A stretch of 64,000 bases of DNA from an uncultured Acidobacteriota bacterium (GCA_963836075.1 CAWIIB010000009.1:128001-192000); one strand, 5' to 3'; shown: positions 38,271-50,243, numbered from the stretch's first letter. The notes: a model not told the origin generated them from the letters alone. A program made the numbers and translations.

Positions 38271-39508
38271 AGCCTCTCGCCGAACTGGCGGCAGACGTCG
38301 AGGGCGCTGTTCACCCCGTCCTCGTGGAAGCCGAAGCCCCAGTAAGCCCCGCAGTAATGGATGCCGGCGGCGCCGCTGATCTCCCGGTGCCTGCGCTGGG
38401 CCGCCGCGCCGGCGGTGGTGAACACCGGGTGGGCATAGGTTGCCCTGTGCAGCACACTGTCCGGGTCAATCTCGTCGTCGCGGTTGAGGGTGACACAGAA
38501 CTCCACCGGCGCGTCCAGGCTCTGCAGGCGGTTCATCGAGTAGGTCACCGAGGACTGCTGCCCCGGCCCGGCCGGCAGGTGGTAGTTCCAGCTGGCCCGC
38601 ACCTTGTGCAGCTTCGGCAGCATGCGCTGGTCGGTGTGCAGCACCACCGAGTTCTCCTGGTACGGGATGGCGCCCAGCAACCGGCGCTCGGCAGCGGTGG
38701 GCTCCTCGAGCATGGCCAGGGCCTGGTCGCTGTGCACCGCCACCACCGCCTGGTCGAACCGTTCCGGCTCACCACCCCGGGGCACCACCTCCACCCCGCC
38801 AGGCGTGCGCCGTATGGCGCGCACCGGCGTGTTCAGGCGGATGCGGTCCTGCCACCCGGCGGTGAGAGCCTCCAGGTATCGGCTGGAGCCGCCCTTGACC
38901 ACCAGCCACTGGGGCTGTCCGTAGACCCGGAGGAACCCGTGGTTGCCGAGGAAGAGGGCAAAGGTGCGCGCCGGGAAAGACTCGAAGCTCAGCGGGTCGG
39001 CGGACCAGAGGGCCGCATAGAGGGGGACGAGAAACTTCTCCCGGAAGTAGGAGGAATAGCCGTTCTGGTCCAGATATTCCCCCAGGGTCAGGTCGGGGGC
39101 CATGTCGGCGAAATCCCCGGCCGACCGCTGGAGGCGGAAGATGTCGACCAGCATCCGCCAGAAGGGCACGCTCCACAGATTGCGCCGCTGGGCAAAGAGC
39201 GTGCCCGGCGTGGACGGCCGGTATTCCAGGCCACTGGCCGCGCACTGCACGCTGAAGCTCATCTCGCTCTTCTGCCACGCCACTCCGATCTTGCGGAGCA
39301 GTGCCACGAAGTTGGGATAGGTGGTCTCGTTGAACACGATGAAGCCGGTGTCCACGGCCCAGCTAAGGCCGCCGGCCTCCACGTCGACGGTGCTGGTGTG
39401 CCCTCCGAGGCGGCCATCGGCCTCGAAGAGGGTCACCTCGTGGGACCGCTGCAGCAGGTAGGCGGCGGTGAGCCCCGAGATGCCCGATCCGATGACGGCG
39501 ATACGCAT
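38267..39508 (-). CDS. FAD-dependent amine-oxidase-family oxidoreductase (UfaD-like)
   Basis: RIAVIGSGISG, RLGGH, VDTGFIVFN..TYPN, ASWNY, GAYWGFGFHEDG. Confidence 0.92.
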   Translation of the reverse strand: MRIAVIGSGISGLTAAYLLQRSHEVTLFEADGRLGGHTSTVDVEAGGLSWAVDTGFIVFNETTYPNFVALLRKIGVAWQKSEMSFSVQCAASGLEYRPSTPGTLFAQRRNLWSVPFWRMLVDIFRLQRSAGDFADMAPDLTLGEYLDQNGYSSYFREKFLVPLYAALWSADPLSFESFPARTFALFLGNHGFLRVYGQPQWLVVKGGSSRYLEALTAGWQDRIRLNTPVRAIRRTPGGVEVVPRGGEPERFDQAVVAVHSDQALAMLEEPTAAERRLLGAIPYQENSVVLHTDQRMLPKLHKVRASWNYHLPAGPGQQSSVTYSMNRLQSLDAPVEFCVTLNRDDEIDPDSVLHRATYAHPVFTTAGAAAQRRHREISGAAGIHYCGAYWGFGFHEDGVNSALDVCRQFGERL

Positions 39509-39519
39509 GGCCCTTCCCC

Positions 39520-40512
39520 TCAGCCCCCTGCCCCGCCGGCGGTGTCCCGGATGAGGTTCGACCGCAGCACCCCGGCCGGCACCGGCCGGAGGTCCTGAAC
39601 GATTCCCAGCCGGGCCATCAGCCACAGGCCGTAGTAGGTGAGATCGATCTCCCACCAGAAAAAGCCCTGACGAGCCGCGGCCGCGTAATGGTGGTGGTTG
39701 TTGTGCCATCCCTCGCCAAAGGTGAGCAGCGCCAGCAGCAGGTTGTTGCGGCTGTTGTCCGCGGTGGCGTAACGCCGCCGGCCCACCAGGTGGTCCAGCG
39801 AGTTGATGGTGCTGGTGGCGTGAAAGAGCACCACGGTGGAGATGAAGAAGCCCCAGACCAGCAGCTGCGGACCACTTGTGCCGGCCCCGGGAGCGAACCG
39901 CTGCAGCAGCTCGCCGGCGCCGAACAGCGCCGCGGCCAGCAGCACCGGCACCAGCACGCTGAAGCGGTTGAGGAAGCGCAGCTCGGGGAATGCCGCAAGG
40001 TCCTTTACCAGGGCGTGCCGCGTGCGAAACGCTCCCGGCGTGGTGAGCCAGGTGACGTGGCTCCAGAGGAAACCCTTTTCCAGGGGCGAGTGGACGTCAT
40101 CCTCCTTGTCGGAGTGCTTGTGGTGGTGCCGGTGGTGCCCCGCCCACCAGAGCGGTCCCCGTTGGACCGCCGACGTGCCGAGCGCGGCAAAGAGGAACTG
40201 CCAGAACCGGGAGGTGCGGAACGTGCGGTGGGAGAAGTAGCGGTGGTAGAAGGCGGTGATGGCAAACATGCGCACCGCGTAAAGACCGGCAGCCACGGCC
40301 ACCGCCGTCCAGCTCCAGCCAACCCAGATCACACTGAGGCAGGCCAGGTGCAGTACCACGAATGGCAGAATCCGAAGCCAGTCAGGGCGATCGGCACTTC
40401 CTGCGGCGTAGGAATCGTCCACGGCCTCATCGTCCACCCAGCGGACCAGGGACTTCACCACCCGGCTCTGACCAATCCGTCCCGGCTTCGGTTTTTCAGA
40501 GGTGTCAGCCAT
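39520..40512 (-). CDS. Acyl-CoA/acyl-lipid delta-9-type fatty acid desaturase
   Basis: Three His boxes: HRYFSH, HRHHH, GEGWHNNHH. Confidence 0.93.
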   Translation of the reverse strand: MADTSEKPKPGRIGQSRVVKSLVRWVDDEAVDDSYAAGSADRPDWLRILPFVVLHLACLSVIWVGWSWTAVAVAAGLYAVRMFAITAFYHRYFSHRTFRTSRFWQFLFAALGTSAVQRGPLWWAGHHRHHHKHSDKEDDVHSPLEKGFLWSHVTWLTTPGAFRTRHALVKDLAAFPELRFLNRFSVLVPVLLAAALFGAGELLQRFAPGAGTSGPQLLVWGFFISTVVLFHATSTINSLDHLVGRRRYATADNSRNNLLLALLTFGEGWHNNHHHYAAAARQGFFWWEIDLTYYGLWLMARLGIVQDLRPVPAGVLRSNLIRDTAGGAGG

Positions 40513-40585
40513 TTTTTCCCGTCTCAGGAAGAAAAACCATCGCGACGTTCTGTTCATGGAGATGTACAGACAAATATTATACTAA

Positions 40586-40626
40586 AGCCCCCTCCCCCAC
40601 TAACTACACTGCGGGGGGAGGGGGCT
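40586..40626. repeat. GC-rich inverted repeat just upstream of the desaturase -10 element
   Basis: AGCCCCCTCCCCC ... GGGGGAGGGGGCT. Confidence 0.6.
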
Positions 40627-41147
40627 CGAGGGACGCCGTTTCCGGCATCCACAGGGGGTGTCTATGAACTATCAGCGCCCGGCGGGAGAACAGCCCGCCG
40701 GACGCTGTTTGAGGAGCGTCCCCGGCGAGAGACCGGGACCGTATCAGCTGCTCCTGTCACTGACTTGACAAAAAGTTCTATTCAGTTTTACCAGTCATCG
40801 TGTGCGATTGGTCGTCCAAAATAATCGTTGGCCTTTTCATCCTCGGGCAACGCTCTGTATCACTTCACTTTGTAAAGATAGCAAAGCAGATTCATGATGT
40901 CAAGCTTTTATTTGATTTATTTTAGATTTAATATAGACAGTCTTGATTTCAAGCCTATGTCCAATCGATTTCTGCTGCCATATGCCGAACCTGGCCTAAA
41001 ATAGTTTCGGCAATATCCTTCCTGGCTCTCGTAAGAGGTACTGCTCAACGTGCAATAATCCTCCGCGGCCCGTCCCGGAACTGTTAATGAATCATGAGGA
41101 GCGGCGTTACAGTGGGTGAGAATAAAAAAAGAGGGAGGGAACAGCGG

Positions 41148-41705
41148 ATGCAGATGCAAGCAGTGAAAGAACCACCCGCCGCCGATCTGCCGCTGGAGCT
41201 CGAAACCGTGTTCAACGAGCACCACCGGCTGGTTTTCCAGGCCGCACACCGGATCACCGGCAATGCCGAGGACGCCGAAGACGTGCTGCAGACCGTCTTC
41301 ACCAGGCTGCTCCGCGGCGGGCCGTGGCCCGGGCTGGCCGAAAACCCCGGCGGGTATCTGCGCCGCTCGGCGGTGAACGCCGCCCTCGACGTGCTCCGCT
41401 CGAGGAAGCGGGCCAGGGTGATCAGCCTGGACAGCGGGAAGGCCGAGCCGCAGGAACAGCGGCCCACCGACCCGCAACGGCAGCTGGAGGGACACGAACT
41501 GCGCCGCCGGCTGCGCCAGGCCGTGGCCGGTCTGAACCAGCGGGCGGCCGAAGTCTTCGCTCTGCGCTTCTTCGAGGGTTACGACAACCGGGAAATCGCT
41601 CGGATGCTCGACACATCCAGCGGCACGGTGGCGGTGACGCTCAACCGGGCCAGGAAACAGTTGATGAGCGAACTGCGTGAATTTGCGGGAGGATATTTCT
41701 CATGA
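41148..41705 (+). CDS. ECF RNA polymerase sigma factor
   Basis: DAEDVLQTVF, YLRRSAVNAALD, region 4 EIARML....GTVAVTLNRAR. Confidence 0.92.
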   Translation: MQMQAVKEPPAADLPLELETVFNEHHRLVFQAAHRITGNAEDAEDVLQTVFTRLLRGGPWPGLAENPGGYLRRSAVNAALDVLRSRKRARVISLDSGKAEPQEQRPTDPQRQLEGHELRRRLRQAVAGLNQRAAEVFALRFFEGYDNREIARMLDTSSGTVAVTLNRARKQLMSELREFAGGYFS

Positions 41706-44326
41706 ACAGCAACGATGAACAGAAACTCGATGGCCTGCTCGACCGGGCCGTGGAGCAGATCCGCGCAGACCAGGGCGAGCCGCAAGCGGCTGACCAGGCC
41801 GGAGCACGGGTCTGGAAACGCCTGACCGCCGAAGCCGGCACCCCGATCCGGGCCTGTGCCGACTTCCAGGAACTGATTCCCGACTTTGCCGGCGGCCGCC
41901 TCGACGAGGGGCGTCGCCTGCTGGTGGAAGACCACACCCGCGAGTGCGCCGCCTGCCGCCGCGAGCTGATGGCTCACCGCGCCGGCGCCACCGCTGCCGC
42001 GCCGGAGCAGAAAAAGCGCCGGGCCGGCAGCATGGCCTGGGCCCTGGCCGCGGCCGCCGTGTTTGTCGGCCTGACCATCACCCTGGCCCTCAACTACAGC
42101 CTCTTCCTCCCCGCCACCGGCGGATCGCTCCAGGTGGCCGAGGTTGACGGATCGCTGCTCCGGGTGGCCGGAGAGAGCACCTCCCCGGTGACCGCGGGAA
42201 GCGTGGTGCCGGATGGCGGGACCGTTCGCACCGCCCAGCATTCGGGCGCACTGCTCACCCTGGCCGACGGCTCGCAGGTGGAGATGAACGAGCGCTCCGA
42301 ACTCTACGTCTCCGAACGCGGCTCGGACAGCACGATCCACCTGCGCCGGGGCAGCATCATCGTCCAGGCCAGTGACCAGGGTTCGGGACACCTCTATGTG
42401 GAGACCAACGAGTGCCAGGTGGCGGTCACCGGCACCGTCTTCTCGGTGACCCACGGCGCCCGCGGTTCGCGGGTCTCGGTGATCGAGGGCGAAGTCAACG
42501 TGGACAGCGACTCGGGCAACGAGGTGCTCCACGCCGGCGACCAGCTGACCACCCGGGCCGGCCTGGCCCCGATCCCGGTGGAGGCGGACATCGCCTGGAG
42601 CCGGGACATGGACCAGCACCTGGCCCTGCTCCGCGAGTTCGCCGACCTGCACCGCGAAATGGCCCAGCGCCTGCCGGTGCCCGGGCTGCGCACCGACACC
42701 CGGCTGCTGGACAGCACCCCGGCCGGTTCGGTGATCTACTTCGCCATGCCCAACATCAGCGAGACGATCAGCAGCGCCCACCAGGTGCTGCTGGAGAAAA
42801 TCCAGACCAGCGACGTGCTCAACCAGTGGTGGAGCGAGAACGTCTCCGCCGCCGGGATGGAACCGCACATCGACACCCTGATGGAGAAAGTGCGGTTGAT
42901 GGGCGAGGAACTGGGGCCGGAGATCGCCATCACCGTCCAGCAGGATGGTGACGGTGAGATGGGGAGCCTCGTGCTGCTGGCCACCCTGAACAACCCGGAC
43001 AGCTTCCGCGGAGTGCTGACCCGTGAACTGGAGGAGATCAGCACCAGGACCGAGGCGGAGTGCGGGCTGTCGATCATCGACGACCCCATGTCGCTCAGCC
43101 TCTCCAGTGACGAACCGGACCGGCTGCTCTTCTGGATCACCGGTGACCTGCTGGTGGTCTCGCCCCAGGCCGAAGCGCTGCAGCGGATGGCCGGCGGATT
43201 CCCGGCCGAGGCCGCCTTTGCCGGGTCCTCGTTCCACAACCGCCTGTCCTCGGTCTACGGCCGCGGCACCCAGATCGTCTTTGGCGCGAACGTGGCCAGC
43301 CTCGTCGGCCGGCACCAGGAGATCCACGACAACCAGGCGATGGAAACCCTCGGCCTGGATGATGCCGACTACCTGGTGATCGAGCGGAGGACCATCGGCG
43401 ACACCAACGTGACCAATGCCGAACTGAGCTTCACCCGCCAGCGGCAGGGCGTGGCGTCCTGGCTGGCCGAACCGGCCCCCATGGGCACCCTCGATTTCAT
43501 CTCCCCCGAGGCCACCGGCGTGGCGGCCTTCCTGGTGCGCAACCCGGCGGAACTGCTGGAGGATCTGTTCACCTCGCTGTCCGCAACCAGCGACGGTTTC
43601 CAGGAGTCGCTGGACCGCTTCCAGAACGAGCTCAACCTCAACCTGATCGATGACCTGGCCGCCACGCTGGGCGGCGAGTTCGCCATGGCCCTGGACGGCC
43701 CGGTGCTGCCGGTGCCGGCCTGGAAGGTGGTGGTGGAGGTCTACGATCCCGACGGACTGCAGCGGACCATCGAGAACATGGTGCTGCAGGCGAACAACCT
43801 CGCCCTGGAGCAGGGACACCCCGGCATCACCCTCGACACCGTGAAGAGTTCCGCCGGCCGCACCTGCTACCACGTCAGTTCCGAAAACTTCGACGCGCCG
43901 TTCTACTACACCTTCCACGAGGGCTACCTGGTGGCCGGGTCCCAGACGGCGCTGATCGAACGGGCCATCGACTACCGGGCCTCAGGGATCACCCTCACCC
44001 GCTCCAGCAAATTCGCCAGGCTGCTCCCGCCGGACGGGCGGGTGGACGTCTCGGCCCTGATCTATCAGGACATCGGGTCGCTGCTGGACCCGCTGATGCG
44101 CAACACGCCTTCCGGCATGACGCAAAAGCTCAGCGCCGGCCAGGAAGAAGATGTCCAGCAGCTGCTGGAGAGCGGCACCATCAACCCCAGCCTGACCTGC
44201 ATCTACGGCGAGGACGACCAGATCTCAATGGTCAACGTGGACCAGGGATCGATCCTCGGCGGCCGGCTGGGCGGCCTGCTCTCCCTGCACTCGCTGATGA
44301 ATATGCGTCACAACCTGCTGAATTGA
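41702..44326 (+). CDS. Zinc-finger anti-sigma / FecR-domain protein with a large C-terminal extracytoplasmic domain (DUF3352-like)
   Basis: ZAS motif HTRECAAC, TM segment, FecR motifs LADGSQVEMNERS and VTGTVFSV...VSVIEGEV; overlaps the sigma stop. Confidence 0.85.
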   Translation: MNSNDEQKLDGLLDRAVEQIRADQGEPQAADQAGARVWKRLTAEAGTPIRACADFQELIPDFAGGRLDEGRRLLVEDHTRECAACRRELMAHRAGATAAAPEQKKRRAGSMAWALAAAAVFVGLTITLALNYSLFLPATGGSLQVAEVDGSLLRVAGESTSPVTAGSVVPDGGTVRTAQHSGALLTLADGSQVEMNERSELYVSERGSDSTIHLRRGSIIVQASDQGSGHLYVETNECQVAVTGTVFSVTHGARGSRVSVIEGEVNVDSDSGNEVLHAGDQLTTRAGLAPIPVEADIAWSRDMDQHLALLREFADLHREMAQRLPVPGLRTDTRLLDSTPAGSVIYFAMPNISETISSAHQVLLEKIQTSDVLNQWWSENVSAAGMEPHIDTLMEKVRLMGEELGPEIAITVQQDGDGEMGSLVLLATLNNPDSFRGVLTRELEEISTRTEAECGLSIIDDPMSLSLSSDEPDRLLFWITGDLLVVSPQAEALQRMAGGFPAEAAFAGSSFHNRLSSVYGRGTQIVFGANVASLVGRHQEIHDNQAMETLGLDDADYLVIERRTIGDTNVTNAELSFTRQRQGVASWLAEPAPMGTLDFISPEATGVAAFLVRNPAELLEDLFTSLSATSDGFQESLDRFQNELNLNLIDDLAATLGGEFAMALDGPVLPVPAWKVVVEVYDPDGLQRTIENMVLQANNLALEQGHPGITLDTVKSSAGRTCYHVSSENFDAPFYYTFHEGYLVAGSQTALIERAIDYRASGITLTRSSKFARLLPPDGRVDVSALIYQDIGSLLDPLMRNTPSGMTQKLSAGQEEDVQQLLESGTINPSLTCIYGEDDQISMVNVDQGSILGGRLGGLLSLHSLMNMRHNLLN

Positions 44327-44367
44327 AATTTGAGGCACCTTTTTGGATCCGGATTGCGTAAGATAGA

Positions 44368-44569
44368 ATGACCGGCAACCAATAGCGGCCTCATCGCCCC
44401 CCACGGCGGTGAGGCCGTTTCATGGGAATTGATGTAAAACCTCGGCTGTGGTTCGAGGGCAAGACGCACGCCGCTGAGAAAGCGGAGCTTACTCTTTTGG
44501 TAAGTGAGCATTTTGAAGCGGCGTGCAACGCCGCCATCGGACCTCAGACGAGGTTTTGGGAGATGGCTG

Positions 44570-44572
<3 letters not shown>
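44368..44572 (+). pseudogene. Possible decayed 5' fragment of sulfate adenylyltransferase
   Basis: Across frames: SGLIAPHGGE...KPRLWFEGKTHAAEKA...GPQTRFWEMAD, resembling the Sat N-terminus (LxxPHGG..LKPLLLEG...AAEK...FxPLxGFM..AD). Judged by eye only. Confidence 0.35.
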
Positions 44573-45488
<916 letters not shown>

Positions 45489-45502
<14 letters not shown>

Positions 45503-46361
45503 GCGATCATTTAAAAGCTACAGCGGCCAGCTGACCCCGGGCTGGCGCCGTTTCCTGGTGCTGCCCTGGTACGCCCTGCCGCAGATCTTCAAATCACGGC
45601 TCTTCCTCTCGCTCTACCTGATCAGCCTGGTGCCCAGCGTGGTCCAGGCCGCACTGATCTACGTGCGCCACAACCTGCGGATCCTCGAGTTCTTCCACAT
45701 GACGCCCGGGGACCTGGGCCCGATCACCGGCGAGTTCTTTCTCCGCTTCATTTCCATCCAGGGCGGGTTCTGCTTTGCCCTGGTGCTGGTGGCCGGGCCG
45801 CCGCTGATCGCCAGCGACCTGGTCAACCGCGGCCTGCCGCTTTACTTCGCCCGGCCGCTGGGCCGGGGCGAGTACGTGCTGGGCAAACTGTCGGTGCTGG
45901 TGATCCTCCTCTCGCCGGTGACCTGGATCCCCCAGCTATTGATCTTCTTCCTCCAGGGCTACCTGGACAGCAACGGCTGGTTCGGCGACAACCTGCGCAT
46001 CGGGGCGGGGATCCTCATCGGCGCCGCGGCCTGGATCCTGACCATCTCCCTGGTGGCCCTGGCCGTCTCGGCCACGGTGAAACGGAAGACCACGGCCCGG
46101 CTGCTCTTCTTCAGCATCTTCTTCATCTTCTCCATCTTCGGCTCGATCATTGCCGAGGGCATGGGCCTGGTCTGGGGACAGACCCTGAACATCATGGGCA
46201 TGGCCTGGCTGGTCAACTCCGGACTGCTGGCCGTGCCGGTGCCGCCCCACGCCCACTTCCCGCCCATCTGGGCCGGCTGGGTCACCCTGATCGTGGTCTG
46301 TACGGTGTCGGTCCGCATGCTGTTCAACAAGGTCAGGGCCTACGAGGTGGTGCGCGGATGA
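45489..46361 (+). CDS. ABC-2 type permease
   Basis: Six TM segments; [25 protein letters not shown]. Confidence 0.85.
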
Positions 46362-47320
46362 ACGAACAGCGGGACAACACCGGGCGCCTGATCATCCTCG
46401 AGGACATCTCCAAGTTCTACGGCGAGGTGCTGGGGGTGAACCAGGTGAACCTCTGTATCCCGCCGGGGATCACCAGCCTGGTGGGCCCCAACGGCTCGGG
46501 CAAGACCACCCTGATGAACCTGATGACCGGGCTGATCCGGCCCACCCGCGGCTCGGTGAGCTACCCCGGCCAGCGGGATGCCGACCCGGAGACGCTGTTC
46601 CGCCGGGTGGGCTACTGCACCCAGTTCGACAGCTTCCCCCGGGGGATGACCGGCGAACGGTTCCTGCTGGCCTACCTCGGTCTGCACGGTTTCCACAGCG
46701 CCGACGCCCGCCGGCTGGCCGGCCAGGCGCTGGAACGGGTGCGGCTCAGCGACGCCGCCGGAAGAAAGATCGCCGGCTACAGCAAGGGCATGCGCCAGCG
46801 GATCAAACTGGCCCAGTCGATCTGCCACCACCCGGAAGTGATGATCCTCGACGAACCGCTGAACGGCCTCGACCCCATGGTCCGCTCCGAGATCATCGAC
46901 CTCTTCCGCGAGCTGGCCGCCGAGGGCCGGCACCTGATCATCTCCAGCCACATCCTGCACGAGGTGGACCAGATCTCGGACCACGTGGTGATCCTCAACC
47001 AGGGCTACGTGGTGGCCGAGGGTGACATCCGCGGCCTGCGCGACGACATCAAGACCCACCCGATGCAGATCCTGATCCGCTGCGACCGTGCCGCCGAACT
47101 GGCGGCCAGGGTGCTGCAGCAGGACCATGTGGTGGAGATCAAGATGCACGACGACCGGGGCGGCCTGCTGGTGAGCACCCGCGACGCCGCCGGCTTCTAC
47201 CTGGCGCTGAACCGCATCGTGATGGAGGACCAGGTGACCATCCAGACGGTGACCCCGGCCGATGAGGACGTCCACGCGGTCTACCAGTACCTGGTGGGCT
47301 ACGAGGAGGGCGGCTCATGA
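46358..47320 (+). CDS. ABC-2 type exporter ATP-binding protein
   Basis: [31 protein letters not shown]. Confidence 0.93.
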   Translation: MNEQRDNTGRLIILEDISKFYGEVLGVNQVNLCIPPGITSLVGPNGSGKTTLMNLMTGLIRPTRGSVSYPGQRDADPETLFRRVGYCTQFDSFPRGMTGERFLLAYLGLHGFHSADARRLAGQALERVRLSDAAGRKIAGYSKGMRQRIKLAQSICHHPEVMILDEPLNGLDPMVRSEIIDLFRELAAEGRHLIISSHILHEVDQISDHVVILNQGYVVAEGDIRGLRDDIKTHPMQILIRCDRAAELAARVLQQDHVVEIKMHDDRGGLLVSTRDAAGFYLALNRIVMEDQVTIQTVTPADEDVHAVYQYLVGYEEGGS

Positions 47321-48183
47321 GCACGAATGGCGGCGATCTCCAGCTGACCCGGCCGCCGGCGCCCCCCGGCTCGCTGGAGCTGCGCATCGACCAGCTGCGG
47401 ACCCTGGTCCCCCTGGAGTTGAAACGGAACTTTCTCCGCTCGCGGGTCTTTGTCCTTTTTCTGCTCTCCGCGCTGCCGGTGGTGCTGATGCTGATCAGGG
47501 CGCTCTTCCCGCACGAGGACATCGCCGCCGACCTGGGCGTGGGCAGCCTGTTCTACGCCGTGGTTTTCCAGACGTTCATCATCCGCTTCGTGGTCTTCTT
47601 CGGCTGCCTGGCCGTCTTCACCGAGCTGTTCCGCAGCGAGGTGGCCGACCAGACCCTGCACTACTACTTCCTCACCCCCATGCGGCGGGAGCTGCTGGTG
47701 CTGGGCAAGTTCATCTCCGGGCTGTTGACCACCATCATCGTTTTCAGCGGCATGGTGCTCCTCTCCTACCTGCTGATGCTGGCGCCCCACGGCCAGCGCG
47801 AGGCCATGGACTTCATGCTCGACGGCCCGGGGATGAACCACCTGATCGGCTACCTCGGAGCCACCTGGCTGGCCTGCGTGGGCTACGGCGCCATCTTCAT
47901 GGCCCTGGCCCTCTTCTTCAAGAACCCGGTGATCCCGGCGGCGCTCTTCTTCGGCTGGGAGTGGATCAACTTCTTCCTCCCCGAGCTGCTGAAGAAGATC
48001 AGCGTGGTCCACTACCTGGAATCGCTGATGCCGATCTCCATCGACAAGGGGCCCTTTGCCCTGATCGTCGACCCGTCCCCCATCTGGGTCGCCATCCCCG
48101 GCCTGCTGGTCCTGGCCGCGGCCTCGCTGGTCTTCTGCGCCCTGGCCATCCGGCGGATGCAAATCAGGTATGAAAGCAGTTGA
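47317..48183 (+). CDS. ABC-2 type permease
   Basis: [24 protein letters not shown]; six TM segments. Confidence 0.85.
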   Translation: MSTNGGDLQLTRPPAPPGSLELRIDQLRTLVPLELKRNFLRSRVFVLFLLSALPVVLMLIRALFPHEDIAADLGVGSLFYAVVFQTFIIRFVVFFGCLAVFTELFRSEVADQTLHYYFLTPMRRELLVLGKFISGLLTTIIVFSGMVLLSYLLMLAPHGQREAMDFMLDGPGMNHLIGYLGATWLACVGYGAIFMALALFFKNPVIPAALFFGWEWINFFLPELLKKISVVHYLESLMPISIDKGPFALIVDPSPIWVAIPGLLVLAAASLVFCALAIRRMQIRYESS

Positions 48184-48201
48184 TTCCACCCGGAGGAGCC
48201 G

Positions 48202-49707
48202 ATGCCCGCTCATCTCGCTCGCCGACTGATCACAGTCATCGTCGGCATTTTATTTGCGACGCTGCTCGCTCCGTCCTGCCGTTCCACTGATCCGGTACGG
48301 AACCAGGCCCTGATGACGGTGGCCGATCAGCCGGTGTCGATTGCCGTGGCGGAGGCCGCGATCATCGCCGCCATGGAGAAAGCCGACGTGGCCGGCCTCT
48401 CCTGCGCCGTGATCAACGATGCCCGGGTGGTGCACACCGCCCAGTTCGGCGTGCGGGACCGGGAGACCGGGTTGCCGCCGGACAAGGACACGGTGTTCGC
48501 CGCTGCATCGTTCAGCAAGACTGTCTTTGCCTGGCTGTTGCTCCTGCTGTCCGAAGACGGGCTCATCGACCTTGACCGGCCGCTGCACGAGTATCTCGAC
48601 CGGCCATTGCCGGAATTCCCGGCATACGCCGACCTGGCCGGTGACGAGCGGTGGAAGCTGCTCACCGCCCGCACAGTGCTGGGGCACACCACCGGCTTGC
48701 CCAACTGGCGGTTCTTCACCGATGACGGGCGGCTCACCTTCCTCGCCGATCCCGGCGCACGGTTCGGCTACTCGGGAGAGGGCATATCCCTGCTGCAGCT
48801 GGTGGTGGAGGAGATCACCGGCCGCGGCCTGGAGGAATTGGCCCGGGAGCGGATCTTCTCCCCGCTCGGCATGACCCGGACCAGCTACCTCTGGCAGGAG
48901 GCGTGGGAGGAGAACCATGCCCGGCCTCACGACCTCTGGGGCCGCCCGAAAAAACTGAAGCGCCATGAGATGGCTGCTGCGGCCGGGTCGATGTTTACCA
49001 CCGCCGCCGACTACGGCCGGTTTCTTGCAGCCCTGATCGATGAAGATGCACCGCATCGCAGGACGGCACAGATCATGTTCGCCCAGCAGGTGCGGATCCA
49101 CAGCGAGCGGATGTTCGGTCCGCGTACCGAAAGCGAAACGGACGAAAACGATGACATCAACCTCGGGTGGTGTCTCGGCTTCGGCCGCTTCGACACGCCC
49201 TATGGCCGTGCCATTTTCCACACCGGCCACGACACGGGCTGGCAGAACTACACCGTAACCTATCCGGACCGCGGTGTGGGTGTGGTGCTGCTCAGCAATT
49301 CCGACGCCTTTGAAAGTGTGGCCGCAGAAATCGTCCCCGCCCTGATCGGCGACAGCTGGTCGCCCTTCCAATGGCTGGGGTACGAACCTTTCGACCCCGA
49401 GACCCGGCCCGACCCACCGCCCCCCAGGGTTCGGATGGAAGCCGACCCTGCCACATTCGTCCCCTGCCCCGGCGCCTACCGGCTGCCGGACGGCAAGCTG
49501 GTCACGGTGTCGCTCATTGACGGAAGCCTCTGGATCGCCAAACAGGGCGAGGAGCCCGAGGAACTGGTCCCCATGGCCGGCGGGCGCTTCTTCATCGAGG
49601 GCAACGACCCGCTCTTTTCCTTCCCCGTGGACAACAGCGGCGAAGTGAGCACAATGCTGGTCCACATCGAGGGGATGGACCTGCCGCTGCCGAGGGTGGC
49701 GGAATAG
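48202..49707 (+). CDS. Serine hydrolase (beta-lactamase/AmpC-like family) lipoprotein with a C-terminal DUF3471-like domain
   Basis: Lipobox-like LAPS-C, SxxK (SFSK), LGHTTGLPN, YSGEG, HTG. Confidence 0.9.
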   Translation: MPAHLARRLITVIVGILFATLLAPSCRSTDPVRNQALMTVADQPVSIAVAEAAIIAAMEKADVAGLSCAVINDARVVHTAQFGVRDRETGLPPDKDTVFAAASFSKTVFAWLLLLLSEDGLIDLDRPLHEYLDRPLPEFPAYADLAGDERWKLLTARTVLGHTTGLPNWRFFTDDGRLTFLADPGARFGYSGEGISLLQLVVEEITGRGLEELARERIFSPLGMTRTSYLWQEAWEENHARPHDLWGRPKKLKRHEMAAAAGSMFTTAADYGRFLAALIDEDAPHRRTAQIMFAQQVRIHSERMFGPRTESETDENDDINLGWCLGFGRFDTPYGRAIFHTGHDTGWQNYTVTYPDRGVGVVLLSNSDAFESVAAEIVPALIGDSWSPFQWLGYEPFDPETRPDPPPPRVRMEADPATFVPCPGAYRLPDGKLVTVSLIDGSLWIAKQGEEPEELVPMAGGRFFIEGNDPLFSFPVDNSGEVSTMLVHIEGMDLPLPRVAE

Positions 49708-49772
49708 CCCCACCACTGCAATCCATATTCACCCGTGCCGGTGAAAGAGTGGGACTGCGGCTTCGTCTGCGG

Positions 49773-50243
49773 TCAGGACGTGTCGCCGAGGGCTGGCGGG
49801 GTCACCCCCAGCAGGCGGAGATAGGTCACCAGCTGCCCCCGGTGATGGCATTCATGGGGCATGGTGGTCAGGATCACGTTGCTCAGACTCATCTGGGGCG
49901 AGAAGATCGGATTGGGGCCGATGGGCTCCAGCAGACGCTCCTCGGTCAGATCCTCGATCAGTTTCAGCAGCCGCGTGCGGGTAAAGTCAAGGTAGGCCAG
50001 CGCCTCTTCCACCGTCTTTTCCGGCCGGTCGGTGAACACGTCGACGGCCCAGCTGCCGTCCCTGATCCCCAGGTAGAGGAAGTCATCGAACGCACCGATG
50101 TGCGACAGTTGCCCGGCGATGGTGCGCATATCCTCCTGCGGCCGGAAATCGCCCTGGTCCCTGGGGATCGCAGTAAAGAGATGCGAGCTGAAATACCGTT
50201 CCATGATCAGGGTTCGGGAAAGATCTGTCTGGCCGATCGCCAT
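49773..50243 (-). CDS. DinB family protein
   Basis: MRTIAGQLSHI, HECHHRGQLVTYLRLLG. Confidence 0.85.
   Translation of the reverse strand: MAIGQTDLSRTLIMERYFSSHLFTAIPRDQGDFRPQEDMRTIAGQLSHIGAFDDFLYLGIRDGSWAVDVFTDRPEKTVEEALAYLDFTRTRLLKLIEDLTEERLLEPIGPNPIFSPQMSLSNVILTTMPHECHHRGQLVTYLRLLGVTPPALGDTS

Noticed and set aside
41077-41110. GGAAC...CGTTA as an ECF autoregulatory promoter
   Set aside because: The spacing (about 23 nt) is too long for an ECF -35/-10 pair.
48202-49707. Beta-lactamase resistance gene
   Set aside because: It has SxxK, but YSG rather than YxN and an extra C-terminal domain, so it is best called a generic serine hydrolase.
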